This document shows positions 44,774-57,803 of a stretch of 64,000 nt of DNA, piece after piece (the first letter of the stretch is position 1; the number at the start of each line of letters is the position of its first letter). Origin of the DNA: Eledone cirrhosa (taxonomy: Eukaryota); assembly GCA_964016885.1 (NCBI GenBank), contig OZ024763.1, positions 27,776,001 through 27,840,000 on the forward strand. Direction: 5' to 3'. Under the pieces are notes generated by a model that saw nothing but the letters and a program-made list of their open reading frames with translations, had not been told where the DNA came from and ran no database searches. The position numbers and the translations under genes were made by a program.

Positions 44774-45052
44774 AGGGGAGGTTGAGAGAGAGATGGGGGA
44801 AAGAGCTAGAGAGAGAAAGAAAGAGGTAGAGAGAGAGAACGACCGAGAGGGTTAGGTTGAGCGAGAGAGAGGGTTAGGTTGAGCGAGAGAGAGAGAGAGT
44901 TTGGTAAGGTAGGATTGTAAAAGACATAGAAACAATGCCTATTAGAGAAGCTGGAAGCTGGCACACGGAACATAGGAGGCTTAACAATGGAAGCAGGAAC
45001 TGCGGAGTACTGGAGGAGTGGACCCGTTAGTCACAGTGTATGTATATGAGTA

Positions 45053-45152
<100 letters not shown>

Positions 45153-45160
45153 TGTGTGTT

Positions 45161-45210
<50 letters not shown>

Positions 45211-45247
45211 TCATATATATATATATATATATATGTTTGTTTATGTG

Positions 45248-45278
<31 letters not shown>

Positions 45279-45408
45279 ATGTGTGTGTGTGTGTGTGTGT
45301 ATGTATATATGCATATGTACAGATATAAATATATATACATATATATGTGTTGATATATACATGTGTGTGTGTGTGTATATATACACACACACATACATAT
45401 ATATATAC

Positions 45409-45457
<49 letters not shown>

Positions 45458-45469
45458 CATATATATACA

Positions 45470-45504
<35 letters not shown>

Positions 45505-45585
45505 GCATATATAAAGGGTAAGGAGACTGTTTGCTTCTGGAAGTCACAGGTACAAATAGATACACACCTACACCTACACACACTT

Positions 45586-45654
<69 letters not shown>

Positions 45655-45962
45655 CAAGAGAGAGAGGGAGAGAGAGGGCAAGAACAGAAGTTTGGTTTGG
45701 TTCGGAATTTAAGTTGACAGCCCGACATTGAGAAATCTTCGTATTAGTAAAGCATGTTGCAATGATTTCACCAATAATTCTGAATAATTATGCAGATTTA
45801 TGCACGATTATTCATAAGTACTACCGTTGCGACCTGGACTGCAGTTGTAAAAATATTGTAACACGGTTTTGAAAATGGATCTCCACTCTTACCTTGGCGC
45901 CAAATCGGCTGAAAATTTAGTGGAAGGTAAGACTAAGAGGTGGCTTGAGTGTGTATATATAT

Positions 45963-46072
<110 letters not shown>

Positions 46073-46118
46073 ACACATATCTATATATATAAGCACGCAA
46101 ACACACACATATATATAT

Positions 46119-46275
46119 ATATTTAATATAGAACTGGCTTCTACAGGGCTAGAACTGTTTCATTCGGGAGATCTCATCAGGGGTTCCTGATGATTTCTCC
46201 CGAATGAAACAGTTCTAGTCCTGTAGAAGCCATTTCTATATTAAATATTTATACTTTGCTATGTATTGAGTACCT
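46119..46275. mobile_element. Palindromic HHR element (HHR cores on both strands)
   Basis: Inverted arms 46119-46181 / 46186-46248. Plus strand reads GGUUC-CUGAUGA-UUUCucccGAAU-GAAA-CAGuucuagucCUG-UA^GAAGCC. A truncated relative lies at ~3364-3436. Confidence 0.75.
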
Positions 46276-46301
46276 TACATACTGTGGTTACACACATACA
46301 G

Positions 46302-46384
<83 letters not shown>

Positions 46385-46385
46385 G

Positions 46386-46783
46386 AGGTTATATTTCATT
46401 TGTTTGGATTCAACAAGCTTAAACATTTTTATAACTGATATAAAGCACTCAACAAATTAGTGGAGTAAATACACAATATATTAATAAATGGAAACTATAT
46501 TTATAATATTATACATATTTCAAGGACAACCAAGGCAAATTATTGTGCGCTTTCATCAGATAAAATCCAGATTTGTTTTATAAATAAATATTGACATACC
46601 CGGAAAAAAGACAACCTTAACGGAAGCTCTAACCGTTAAGGTTGTCTTTTTTCCGGGTATGTCAATATTTATTTGTAAAACAAATCTGTATTTTATCTGA
46701 TGAAAGCGCACAATAATTTGCCTTGGTTGTCCTTGAAATATGTATATTATTATAAATATAGTTTCCATTTATTAATATATTGT
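46386..46783. mobile_element. Palindromic solo pLTR related to the full-length PLE, HHR core in both arms
   Basis: ~150-bp arms 46473-46623 / 46633-46783. CTGATGA at 46697-46703 with GAAA at 46735-46738, mirrored at 46553-46559. Colinear similarity to pLTR 25851-26085. Confidence 0.8.
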
Positions 46784-46856
46784 ATGTATATATATATATA
46801 TATGAGGGTGTATGTATTTGCTTACGCATACATACATTATATATACAAACAACACT

Positions 46857-46906
<50 letters not shown>

Positions 46907-46910
46907 ATAT

Positions 46911-46944
<34 letters not shown>

Positions 46945-46948
46945 ATAT

Positions 46949-47062
<114 letters not shown>

Positions 47063-47107
47063 TATATATATAATATATATATATATATATAATATATATA
47101 TATATAT

Positions 47108-47243
47108 AATTGTTTCTACTTTAGGCACAAGGCCAGCAAATTACCCCAGTGCATTACTGGTACTTTATTTTACTGACCCCGTAAGGATGAAAGGCAAAGT
47201 CAACCTTGGCGGGATTTGAACTCAGATCGTAAAGGGACGTAAC

Positions 47244-47299
<56 letters not shown>

Positions 47300-47404
47300 T
47301 ATATTATATATATATATATAATATATATATATATATAATATATAATATATATATATATATATAATATATATAATATATATATATATATATAATATATATA
47401 ATAT

Positions 47405-47460
<56 letters not shown>

Positions 47461-47660
47461 AACATTCCGGATTGTTTTCGTAAAACCAGGAGCAAGCAGG
47501 AGAAAGGTCTCAACACTCGTAGTTTATAGTTACGATGGAGATTGAGTATAATAATTGTTTCTACTTTTGGCACAAGGCCAGCATTTATCCCAATGTATTA
47601 CTGGTACTTTATTTTATCGACCCCCGTAAGTATGAAAGGCAAAGTTAACCTCGGCGGGAT
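47108..47660 (-). mobile_element. Two truncated SINE copies (47108-47245, 47553-47660)
   Basis: Family match. Confidence 0.85.
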
Positions 47661-47899
47661 AATGGCGTCAAGAAAACCACGGGTGAACCATTGAAATAAT
47701 AATAATGAAAACACGATTTATGTAACATAATATATATATGTATATATATTATGTTATTCTTCACCCATTTATTCTTGAAAGGGTCGTGGGTTATATATAT
47801 ATGTATATATATACATATATATATATATAAGCCACGACCCTCTCAAGAATAAGTGGGCGAAGAAAAACATAATATATATACATATATATATATTATTTA

Positions 47900-48307
47900 G
47901 GTTTGTTGGTTCACAACTGGATAGAACTGGTCATTCCGTATGGTCAACCTCGTTGTAATATTATGGAGAGCACTCAACGTAATGCAACTCACCCGTCTTT
48001 GTTTGTGTAGTTGGTGGTGCGAGTACGGAGTTTATTATTAGAAAAATAACAGGAGGTTGCACTGGTGTAATTCCTTAAAAGGTTTATTATACTTTGATCA
48101 TTTCAATGACCGGGTTCAGTATGAATCCGGTGACATCATCAGGTATTCGAAATATAACAAAGAAATATAATAGACAAAATCCATGGTGCTAAAAATCAGA
48201 GACATGAGGGCGCCCGAACATTTAGAAGCTACTAAATGTTCGGTCGCCCTCATGTCTCTGATTTTCAGCCCTATGGATTTTGTCTATTATATTCCTTTGT
48301 TATATTA
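47900..48307 (-). mobile_element. HHR-bearing PLE derivative with terminal palindrome
   Basis: HHR at 48089-48146 (AUAC-CUGAUGA..GAAA-UGAUCA-AA-GUAU; U16.1 mutated). Inverted repeat ~48152-48225 / 48232-48306. Second copy at ~5335-5450. Confidence 0.65.
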
Positions 48308-48382
48308 CATATACATATATATAGGTATGTTATAAATACAGATATATGTATGTATGTATGTATGTATGTATATTTTTATATG

Positions 48383-48413
<31 letters not shown>

Positions 48414-48448
48414 ATTTCCTTATCTCACTAGTCAGTTCTTTCGTTGAT

Positions 48449-48597
48449 ACAGATCACGCGGCTAAATTAGCGGTCGCTATTTTCTATTTGCAAAGCCCTT
48501 TTAAACTGTATGTTATTACTCTGAGGTTTATTCCTTGTTGAGTGCTTGGCTCCTCTACTGAAGGCATTCGTTGGCTTGGCTGCTGATCGAACTTCGA
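48449..48597. repeat. ~150-bp dispersed repeat, copy 2
   Basis: Near-identical to 44295-44443; ends in (TA)n. Confidence 0.8.
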
Positions 48598-49357
48598 TAT
48601 ATATATATAAAATTGTGTGTGTCCGTACGTTAGCCTAACTATAGCAAATCCAACAACGACAACAATAATAACAACAACGACAATAACAGCTAAAAAAAAC
48701 ACACACACACACAAAAAAAAAAAACAGCCCACACCACCTCTGAATAATCACTAATTCATACATCCAGTCTAAATGAATTCCCGCGCTGATTTATGACGTG
48801 ACTGCTTGATACAGACCTTCATAGTACTGTCTGACTATAGAACTTCTCTTTCGTTCTAGCCTTGGTAGCCATAGAAACCTATATTACAGCTCTATATACT
48901 CTCACACAGTCACTATATATATATATATACTTTCTCTCGCTCTCTCTCTCTTTCCCTATATATATATTTATCTCTCTTCCATTCTCTCTCTCTCTCACTC
49001 TCACTATCTATCTCTCTTCCTCTATCTATGTATCTACCTATCTATCACTTTATCTGCCTATCTATATATCTATCTATCTCTCTCTCTTCCATTCTCCCTC
49101 TCACTCATTCCCTCTCACTATCTCTCTCTTCCTCTATCTACATATCTATCACTTTATCTACCTATTAATCTATCTATCTATCTATCTATTAATATATCTA
49201 TCTATCTATCTCTCTTCCATTCTCTCTCTCTCTCTCTCACTCTCACTCATTCTCTCTCACTCTCTCTCCCTCACTATGTATCCCTCTTCCTCTATCTATC
49301 TATCTTTCTATCTGTCTATCTCTCTGCCTATCTATCTATATATCTGTCTATCTATTG

Positions 49358-49427
<70 letters not shown>

Positions 49428-49790
49428 TTTATCTATCTATCAGTCTATCTGTGTAATCTATCTTTCTCTCTGCCCCCCCCCCTCTCACACACTTCCTCTC
49501 TCCTCTCTCGCATACAAACACCTTTTTTAAACAGATACAATCTCTTCCTTCAACGCTCTCTCTCTCTCCCATTCAGTTTCTCTTTGTGCTTCTCTCTCTC
49601 TCTCTCCCATTCAGTTTCTCTTTGTGCTTCTCTCTCTCTCTCTCTCCCATTCAGTTTCTCTTTGTGCTTCTCTCTCTCTATCTCTATCTTACCTTCACAC
49701 ACACACACACATATATATATGTCAAGGTGGAGAGAGAGAGATATATATATAGATATAGAAGAGAGAGTAATGATATATATATACATACAT

Positions 49791-49850
49791 ATAGGAAAAA
49801 GTAAGACCCCGACGGCAGAGCTCAAGCCGTTTCGACGGCTATTTCTGGAC
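49791..49850 (-). repeat. Non-palindromic fragment of the same family
   Basis: Minus strand GCCGUC-GAAACGGCUUGAGCUCUGCCGUC-GGGGUC, between (TA)n runs. Confidence 0.7.
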
Positions 49851-49927
49851 TATATATATATATATCATATATATCATTATATATATATATATATATATAT
49901 ATATCATTTCTGTCTCTCTCTCCCCCT

Positions 49928-50003
<76 letters not shown>

Positions 50004-50134
50004 TATATAATTTCTCTCTTCATCTCTCTCTCCCATTTAGTTGCTCTTTGTGCTTCTCTCTCTCTCTCTATCTTACCTTGACATATATGTCATCTCTCTC
50101 TCTCTCTCTCTCTATCCACCTTGACGTGTATATA

Positions 50135-50179
<45 letters not shown>

Positions 50180-50384
50180 CTCTCTTCATCTATTCTCTCA
50201 CTCTTCTCCTTATTTTCTCTATTTTTACCTCTTCTCTCTCCATCTCACACTGTTTCTCTCTCTTTCACTTTCTTTCTCTCTTTCTCCTTTTCTCTCTCTC
50301 CTTCCTCGTCTATCATTCTAATTCTCTTTCACTGCCTTTCTCCCTCTTTCTCACTCCATTTCACCCTCTCTCTCCCTCTCACTC

Positions 50385-50910
50385 TCTCTCCCCCTCTCAC
50401 TCTCTCTCTTTCCTCTCTACCTATAGTATTTCCTTCTCACCTGTCTATCTTATTACTATCTCTCTCTCCCCTCCTCTCACTCTCTCTCCCCCTCTCACTC
50501 TCTCTTTCCTCTCTTCCTATAGTATTTCCTTCTCACCTGTCTATCTTATTACTATCTCTCTCTCTCCCCTCCTCTCACTCTCTCTCCCCCTCTCACTCTC
50601 TCTTTTCTCTCTTCCTATAGTATTTACTTCTCACCTGTCTATCTTATTACTATCTATCTCTCTCTCTCTCTCTCCCTCTCACTCTCTCTTTCTCTCTTCC
50701 TATAGTATTTCCTTCTCACCTGTCTATCTTATTACTATCTTTCTCTCCCCCTCTCACTCTCTCTCTTTCCTCTCTTCCTATAGTATTTCCTTCTCACCTG
50801 TCTATCTTATTACTATCTATCTCTCTCTCTCTCCCTCTCACTCTCTCTTTCTCTCTTTCCTCTCTTCCTATAGTATTTCCTTCTCACCTGTCTATCTTAT
50901 TACTATCTCT
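50385..50910. repeat. ~65-95-bp CT-rich minisatellite
   Basis: cctatagtatttccttctcacctgtctatcttattactatct, 6 copies. Confidence 0.9.
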
Positions 50911-51469
50911 CTCTCTCTCTCTCTATTTCTCTCTCATTATGATAATGATGATGATGATGATGTTGATGATGATCATACTGATGATGATGATGATGATGAT
51001 GATGACGGTGGTGGATTTGCTTGCAGTAATGATCATGCGCATGGTTCTTGCTATTGTTGTTATTGCTGCTGCTGTTGTTGTTGTTGTTTAGCCCCAGGTG
51101 AGTCGTGGCTGAGCCGAATGATGATCAAGTGCGATCCACCAACGAAAAACACTCCCCCTCCCCAACCTCCATCTCACTCCTCACCCCCCCCCCCCATCTC
51201 TCTCTCCCACACTCCATCTCTTACTCTCTCTCTCTCACCAACACACCATCTCTTACTCTCTCTCTCTCTCACCAACACTCCATCTCTTACCCTCACTCTC
51301 TCTCTCACTCACACTCCATCTCTTACTCTCTCTCACTCACACGCCATGTCTTACTCTCTCTCACCCACACTCCATCTCTTACTCTCTCTCTCTCTCTCAC
51401 TCACACTCCATGCCTTACCCTCTCTTACACACACTCCATCTCTTACTCTCTTTCATAGACACTCCATCA

Positions 51470-51518
<49 letters not shown>

Positions 51519-53104
51519 CATCTATCTCTCACACACATACTCCCTCTGTCACACACACACTCCATCTATCTCTCACACACACACACACAGTCCTATGATC
51601 AAAAGCATTCCGAGCGTGACCATCATCAAGTCCACATCATTACTACAACCACACTACCACAACTACTGTCACGCTAGTAACACCAGTAACACCAAACCAC
51701 CACCACTACCATACTACAACCACCACCACTAACAATACTACTACACAATCACCACAACTACTACACCACATCATACCACCACCGTCACCAGCACAACCAA
51801 TACTACTACCAATACTACCACACCATCACCACCCTCAAAACCAATACAGCCGCACCAATACTACCACACCATCATACCAGCACCACCACACCACCATCAA
51901 TACAACCACACTAACGCTACCAATACTATCACACCAGCACCTCCACCACTACCATCACACCACCCACCATCACAACCAATACTACCACACTACCATCACA
52001 CCACACCACCACCCATACTACTACCACACTACCGCACTAACACTACCACACACCACCAGTACCAATACTGCCACACTATCACTACACCTCCAGCACCACC
52101 ACCACAACCAATACTACTACCACACTACCACATTAAACACTACCACACCACCACCAATACTACCACACTACCATCAAACCACCACAACAACCAACATCAC
52201 CACAACACCACAACCACAACCAATACTACTACCACACCACCACAACCAATACTACCACACTACCACCATAACACCACAACTACCTCTACAACCATACTAC
52301 CACCACAACACCACCACAACCAATACAACCACCACATACCACCGCAACCAATACTACCACCACCACAACATTACCAGAACCAATACTACCACACCACAAC
52401 ACCACCACAACCAATACAACCACCACATACCACCACAACCAATACTACCACCACCACAACATTACCAGAACGAATACTACCACACCACAACACCACCACA
52501 ACCAATACAACCACCACACTACCACCACAACCAATACTACCTCACTACCACCATAACACCACAACTACCTCCACAACCATACTACCACCACAACACCGCC
52601 CACAACCAATACAACCACCACACTACCACCACAACCAATACTACCACCAGCACCACCACAACATCACCAGCACCAATACTACCACACCACCACACCACCA
52701 ATACTACAGCAACACTACCACACTAACACTACCATTCTTTCTATCCACCATACAATATTCAAGGTACTTTTAAGCAGACCTATTCTTCTATTCCGATATT
52801 CAAATATTCTCTGTATTCCATCATTCGCTTAGTCATTCCAGTCGAAGTTCCGTCATTCTTTCTTCCATTACATAGTAACGGTTTTCTTTTGTTGATTTTC
52901 GTAGGGTTTTTTTTAATGTTTGATTTTTAGCTTTATTTGTTAGTTTATAAAAGGTTTTCAAACGTTTGGGGGCCACTACCCACCCCCCACCCCATGGCCA
53001 CATAATACCCTCATTGCCCACCACCTCAACCCTATTTACACAGAGACCTACCTACACGCAAATTGTAAATCATATATAATATATAAAATAGTTAATTTAT
53101 ATAT

Positions 53105-53208
53105 AATTGTTTCTACTATTGGCACAAGGCCAGCAATTACCCAGTACATTACTGGTACTTTATTTTATCGATCCCGTAAGGATGAAAGGCAAAGTAAAGC
53201 TCGGCGGG
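53105..53208 (-). mobile_element. Truncated SINE
   Basis: Family match. Confidence 0.85.
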
Positions 53209-53209
53209 T

Positions 53210-53600
53210 ATGTATAAATAAATATTTTTTATTGTAAATAATATATAAATAAAATCGTTAATGTTTATATATAATAAATAATATAATATATACTATGTAT
53301 AAATAAATATATATTTTTTATTGTAAAGTATATATAATGAATAGAATAGTTCATTTTTATATATAATAAATATACTATATACTATGTATAAATAAATATA
53401 TTTTTTATATTGTAAATATTATGTAATAAATAGAATAGTTAATTTTTATATATAATAAATATACTATATACTATCTATAAATAAATATATTTTTTATATT
53501 GTAAATATTACGTAATAAATAGAATAGTTAAATTTTATATATAATAAATATATTATATATACTATGTATAAATAAATATTATATATTTTATTGTAAATAA
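53210..53600. repeat. ~90-bp AT-rich tandem repeat
   Basis: tatactatgtataaataaatat..attgtaaa..aatagtta recurs. Confidence 0.75.
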
Positions 53601-53607
53601 TATATAT

Positions 53608-54066
53608 ATTTATTTATTTGTCACAAGGGCGCACAAGAAAAGGGGAGAATACAGAGATATACGTGTATGGCGGGGATTTTACAATCAGTCGTGTAAAAAT
53701 GTTTTAACATGAAAATATAACCGAAATATAATCGAAATCCCCAATAGGGGGGAGGCGTTACAAATGGGTTGTTATATACCCCGTCGATAGAATATCCCTC
53801 AACTCCAGGAGCTTGTTGTGCAAGTGCTCCTTTCTTCCTTTCGCTCTCTTCTTCAACCTACAGGTTTATATACAAAGAAGGCACAATTACTCGGGCCATT
53901 TTCGCCACATTCACCCCCCTTTCAGTAAATTTACTGGGGTGCAGTGCCTCTCTCTCCACCCTGATTTTCCTTCTAAAGTGGAACCTAAAGAAGGGAATGT
54001 GTTGTTGTCCGGAGAGAAAGGCATCTGTCCTCAGTCCTCTCCACCTTGTTCACCATAGCCACTATA
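53608..54066 (-). mobile_element. L1/Tx1-like LINE 3' end
   Basis: W*TRWRGL..FFRFHFRRKIRVEREAL..F..VAKMA, then a 3' UTR ending AATAAA; a second deleted copy lies at ~55310-55578. Confidence 0.6.
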
Positions 54067-54153
54067 CCAAATAAAATAGTTAATTTATATATATAATAAA
54101 TAATATAATATATACTATGTATAAATAAATATTATATATTCTTTATTGTAAAT

Positions 54154-54510
54154 AATTGTGTCTACTTTTGGCACAAGGCCAGCAATTATCCCAGTGTGTT
54201 ACCGGTACTTTATTTTATCGACCCCGTAAGGATGAAAGGCAGAGCTAACCTCGGCGGGATTTGAACTCAGACTGTAAAGGGCCGTAATTCTATGCTGCAA
54301 AATATGGCGTCAGACCATAATAAAATAATAATTGTTTCTACTTTTAGCACAAATCCAGCAATTAATTACCCCTGTGTATTACTGGTGCTTTATTTTATAG
54401 ACCCCTTAAGGATGAAAGGCAAAGTTAACGTCGGCGGGATTTGAACTCAGACCTTAAAGGGCCGTAACTCTATGCTACAAAGCATGGCGTCCGACCCTCT
54501 ACCGATACTG
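54154..54510 (-). mobile_element. Two tandem SINE copies
   Basis: Family match (54154-54316, 54330-54510). Confidence 0.85.
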
Positions 54511-54559
54511 GTAAATAATATTATAATAAATAAAATCGTTAATTTATATTAAGGGCATG

Positions 54560-55000
54560 ACATCCTACCTAGTGTAGGTAATCTACATTATAAAAACACC
54601 CAGTACTCACTACAAAGGGGCTGGTTATAGGGAGGGCGTCTTGCAGAAGAAATCTTGCCAAACCAGGGTTCGGGAAGACCCTTTAATTGTGTCAAGGATA
54701 GGACAACACCCTAATCCTGGTAATTTACATGACAAAAGCACCCAGTACACACTAAAATGTGGTTGGTGTTTTAGGAAGGGTCTCCAACTGTAGAAAGCTT
54801 AAGAAACAAATGGTTATGAGGACCCTCATGTTGTATCAAGAACCGGACAACCTCCCTAGTGTTGGTAATCTACACAATAAAAGCACCCAGTACACACTAA
54901 AATTTTGATGATGTTAGGAAGGGCATCTCAACATAGGAAGCTTGTCAAAAAAAGTGATGGGAGGACCCTTCGGATTGTGTCAAAAGACACGACAACCTCT
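54560..55000 (+). repeat. ~135-bp diverged tandem repeat (3 copies)
   Basis: aaaagcacccagtacacactaaaa..ttaggaagggc recurs. Confidence 0.75.
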
Positions 55001-55579
55001 CCTGTCCACTCGATTGAATGCAAGACCTTTCTTTAACAAGATGCAGACCTTTCGGCCTCTTTGGGAAGTCAGTAGCCTCTACTTCTTGTCTGACTTGGTC
55101 TAAGTAGATCCGTCCAGCTCTTTCTAAGCAGGGAAAGCGAATGTATGTGTTGTTTTGTGTATGTGTGTGTGTGTGTATATATGTATATATGTATGTTTGT
55201 GTGTGAGCGCATTTCACAAGCAGGCACTTCAGTTTTTCGTAGGTATATAGATAGGTAGATTGGCAGGCAAGTTATTAGGTAGGGAGGTAAGTAATTAGAT
55301 AGATAGATATAGTTCTTTATTTGCCACAAGGGTGTACAAGAAATGGGACATTGCAAGACGTGACGGCGGGGGTTTTATATAAAAATAATATAACTTTAAC
55401 ATTAATAAATAACAATAAACTATATATTAAAATAAAATAACAATCGAAATCCCCAATAGTACGTTACTTGCGGGGTTGTTTTACACCCCGTACATAGAAC
55501 AACCCACAACACCAGGAGCACGTCTTCCCTCTGTCCTCTTCAACCTACAGGTTTATATACAGAGATGGCCCATTCACTC

Positions 55580-56750
55580 AGATAGATATATTTCTTTATT
55601 TGCCACAAGGGCGTACAAGGAAAAGGGGACAATATGGATAGGTAGGTAGTTAGGTAAGTAGATTGGTAGGTAAGTAGTTTAGTTAGTTAGGTAGGTAGAT
55701 TGGTAGGTGAGTAGTTTAGCTAGATAAGTAGATATGTAGGTAGGGAGATAGATATATTTCTTTATTTGCCACAAGGGCGTACAAGGAAAAGGGGACAATA
55801 TGGATAGGTAGTTAGTTAGGTAGGTAGATTGGTAGGTAAGTAGTTTAGTTAGTTAGGTAGGTAGATTGGTAGGCAAGTAGTTTAGTTAGTTAGGTAGGTA
55901 GATTGGTAGGTAAGTAGTTTAGCTAGATAAGTAGATATGTAGGTAGGTAGAAGGGCAGAGGCTCGAGGGAATTTGCCATAGATTTTTGACAAGGTGGGAT
56001 GTCGTTTCCAGGATAGGTTTTGCACTCTCATTAAGAGGCGGGTATATGTGCCATCCAATCTCCTCTCAAGTTGTGATATTAGTGTCCAAGTTTCGGATCC
56101 ATAAGTAATATGGGCTTAATGGTTGCTTGGAATATTCCCTCGAGCCGCTGCCCTTCTAAAATCCCGGAGAGCTCAATTTGCTGGTCACTGTCACCGTGCC
56201 AGCAATGAAATCATATCCGCTCTCTTGCTCTGGAACCCTGACTCCAGCCTGACTGGGAGTAGGAAGCTGTCATTCCCTGACGTTATCTCTAGGGATACGG
56301 GAATCAGTAGACAGGACCTGGGGGGCAGCGATAGGGGACAGGGAATTCTGGGGCATGAGAGTGAGATCCATCATCTCGACAGTAGTCGACGAATGATGAT
56401 GATGATGTATGGTAAATAGATATATTTCTTTATTTGCCACAAGGGCGTACAAGGAAAAGGGGGCAATATGGATAAGTAGTTAGTTAGGTAGGTAGATTGG
56501 TAAGTAAGTAGTTTAGCTAGATAAGTAGATATGTTGGTAGGGAGGTAGATATATTTCTTTATTTGCCACAAGGGCGTACAAGGAAAAGGGGACAATATGG
56601 ATGAGTAGTTAGTTAGGTAGGTAGATTGGTAGGTAAGTGGTTTAGTTAGTTAGGTAGGTAGATTGGTAGGCAAGTAGTTTAGCTAGATAAGTAGATATGT
56701 AGATATGTAGGCAGATATATTTCTTCATTTGCCATAAAGGTACAAAGATA
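55580..56750. repeat. Tandem array of LINE 3' terminus + (TAGG/TAGT)n, interrupted by the RTE
   Basis: Recurrent atatatttctttatttgccacaagggcgtacaaggaaaaggggacaatatgga. Confidence 0.8.
55951..56410. mobile_element. 5'-inverted RTE-clade LINE fragment
   Basis: Minus 55951-56128 encodes YGSETWTL..RLDGTYTRLL..SWKRHPT; plus 56129-56410 continues RRAQFAGHCHR..LLLW and ends in (TGA)n. Confidence 0.85.
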
Positions 56751-57789
56751 GATAGATGGGTAGTAAGGAAGATATGTGGGAAGGTAGTTAGGTATTTAGA
56801 TAGATAGGCCTGTTGCTATGCAGGTAAATAGCCAGATAGACAGGTAGCCAGATAGAGAGTTAGGCTTTCAGGTAGATAGGTAATGTAGATAGATTGGTAG
56901 ATATTCAGATAGATAGGTAGATAGGTTTGTATGTATGTATGTACGTAGGTAGGTAGGTAATTAGATTGGTAGAGTAGTAAGTAGGAAGATATACAGGTAG
57001 ATATACAGGTAGATAGATAGATAGATTGATTGATTGATTTACAGGTAAATAGACAGGTAAGTAGGTAGATAGATAGATAATAGGGATATATAGACAGGTA
57101 GGTAGATAGATAGATAGACAGGTAGATACCTACTTAATTAGGTAAACTAGCGTATGGAAGATTCGAAGGAGAAAAGAAAGGAGCGACATAAAGAAAGACA
57201 GGAACAAAGAACGAAAGAGAGAGAAAGAGAGAATGAAAGATGGAAGGAAAGAAAGAAATGAAATAATGAATGAGAGGGAAAAATGAAGGAAATCCAAAGA
57301 AAGGACGGAAAAAAGAGTAAAAAGAAATAAAAAGAAAAAAGAAAAAAAAGAACGAAAGAAGGTATAAGAGGGGAAAAAATGAAGGAAAACGAAATAAATA
57401 AAAAGTAAAAAGAAAGAAAAAGTAAAGAAAAAAAGAGTAAAAAAACAAAAAGAAAAAAGCAAAGGAAAACGAAAGAAAGAAAACAGAGAAGAAAGAAAGA
57501 AAACGAAAGAAAGAAAGAAAATGAAGGAAAACGAAAGAAAGAAAGAAACTAGAATGAGAGGAACAGAAGAAAAGTGCAAATGAACGAACGAACGATTGAA
57601 CGAACGAAGAAAAAAAATCGAACGAATAAAAGGATCGAACAAACGAGTAGAGGATCGAACGAATACAGCGAGTGATTGAATAAAAGTCAAATGAATAAGG
57701 GGGGAAATAAAAACAGAAAAATTCCATTGGATTCACCACGGCAGGGGGGGGGGGGATGATCGTACTGTGTTGCGCCAAGGTAAAAACCT

Positions 57790-57803
57790 GTTGTCATAGC
57801 AAC
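57790..57803. promoter_or_regulatory. Candidate RFX X-box
   Basis: GTTGTCATAGCAAC, 12/14 match to the palindromic GTTGCCATGGCAAC consensus, in a short non-repetitive island. Confidence 0.3.
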
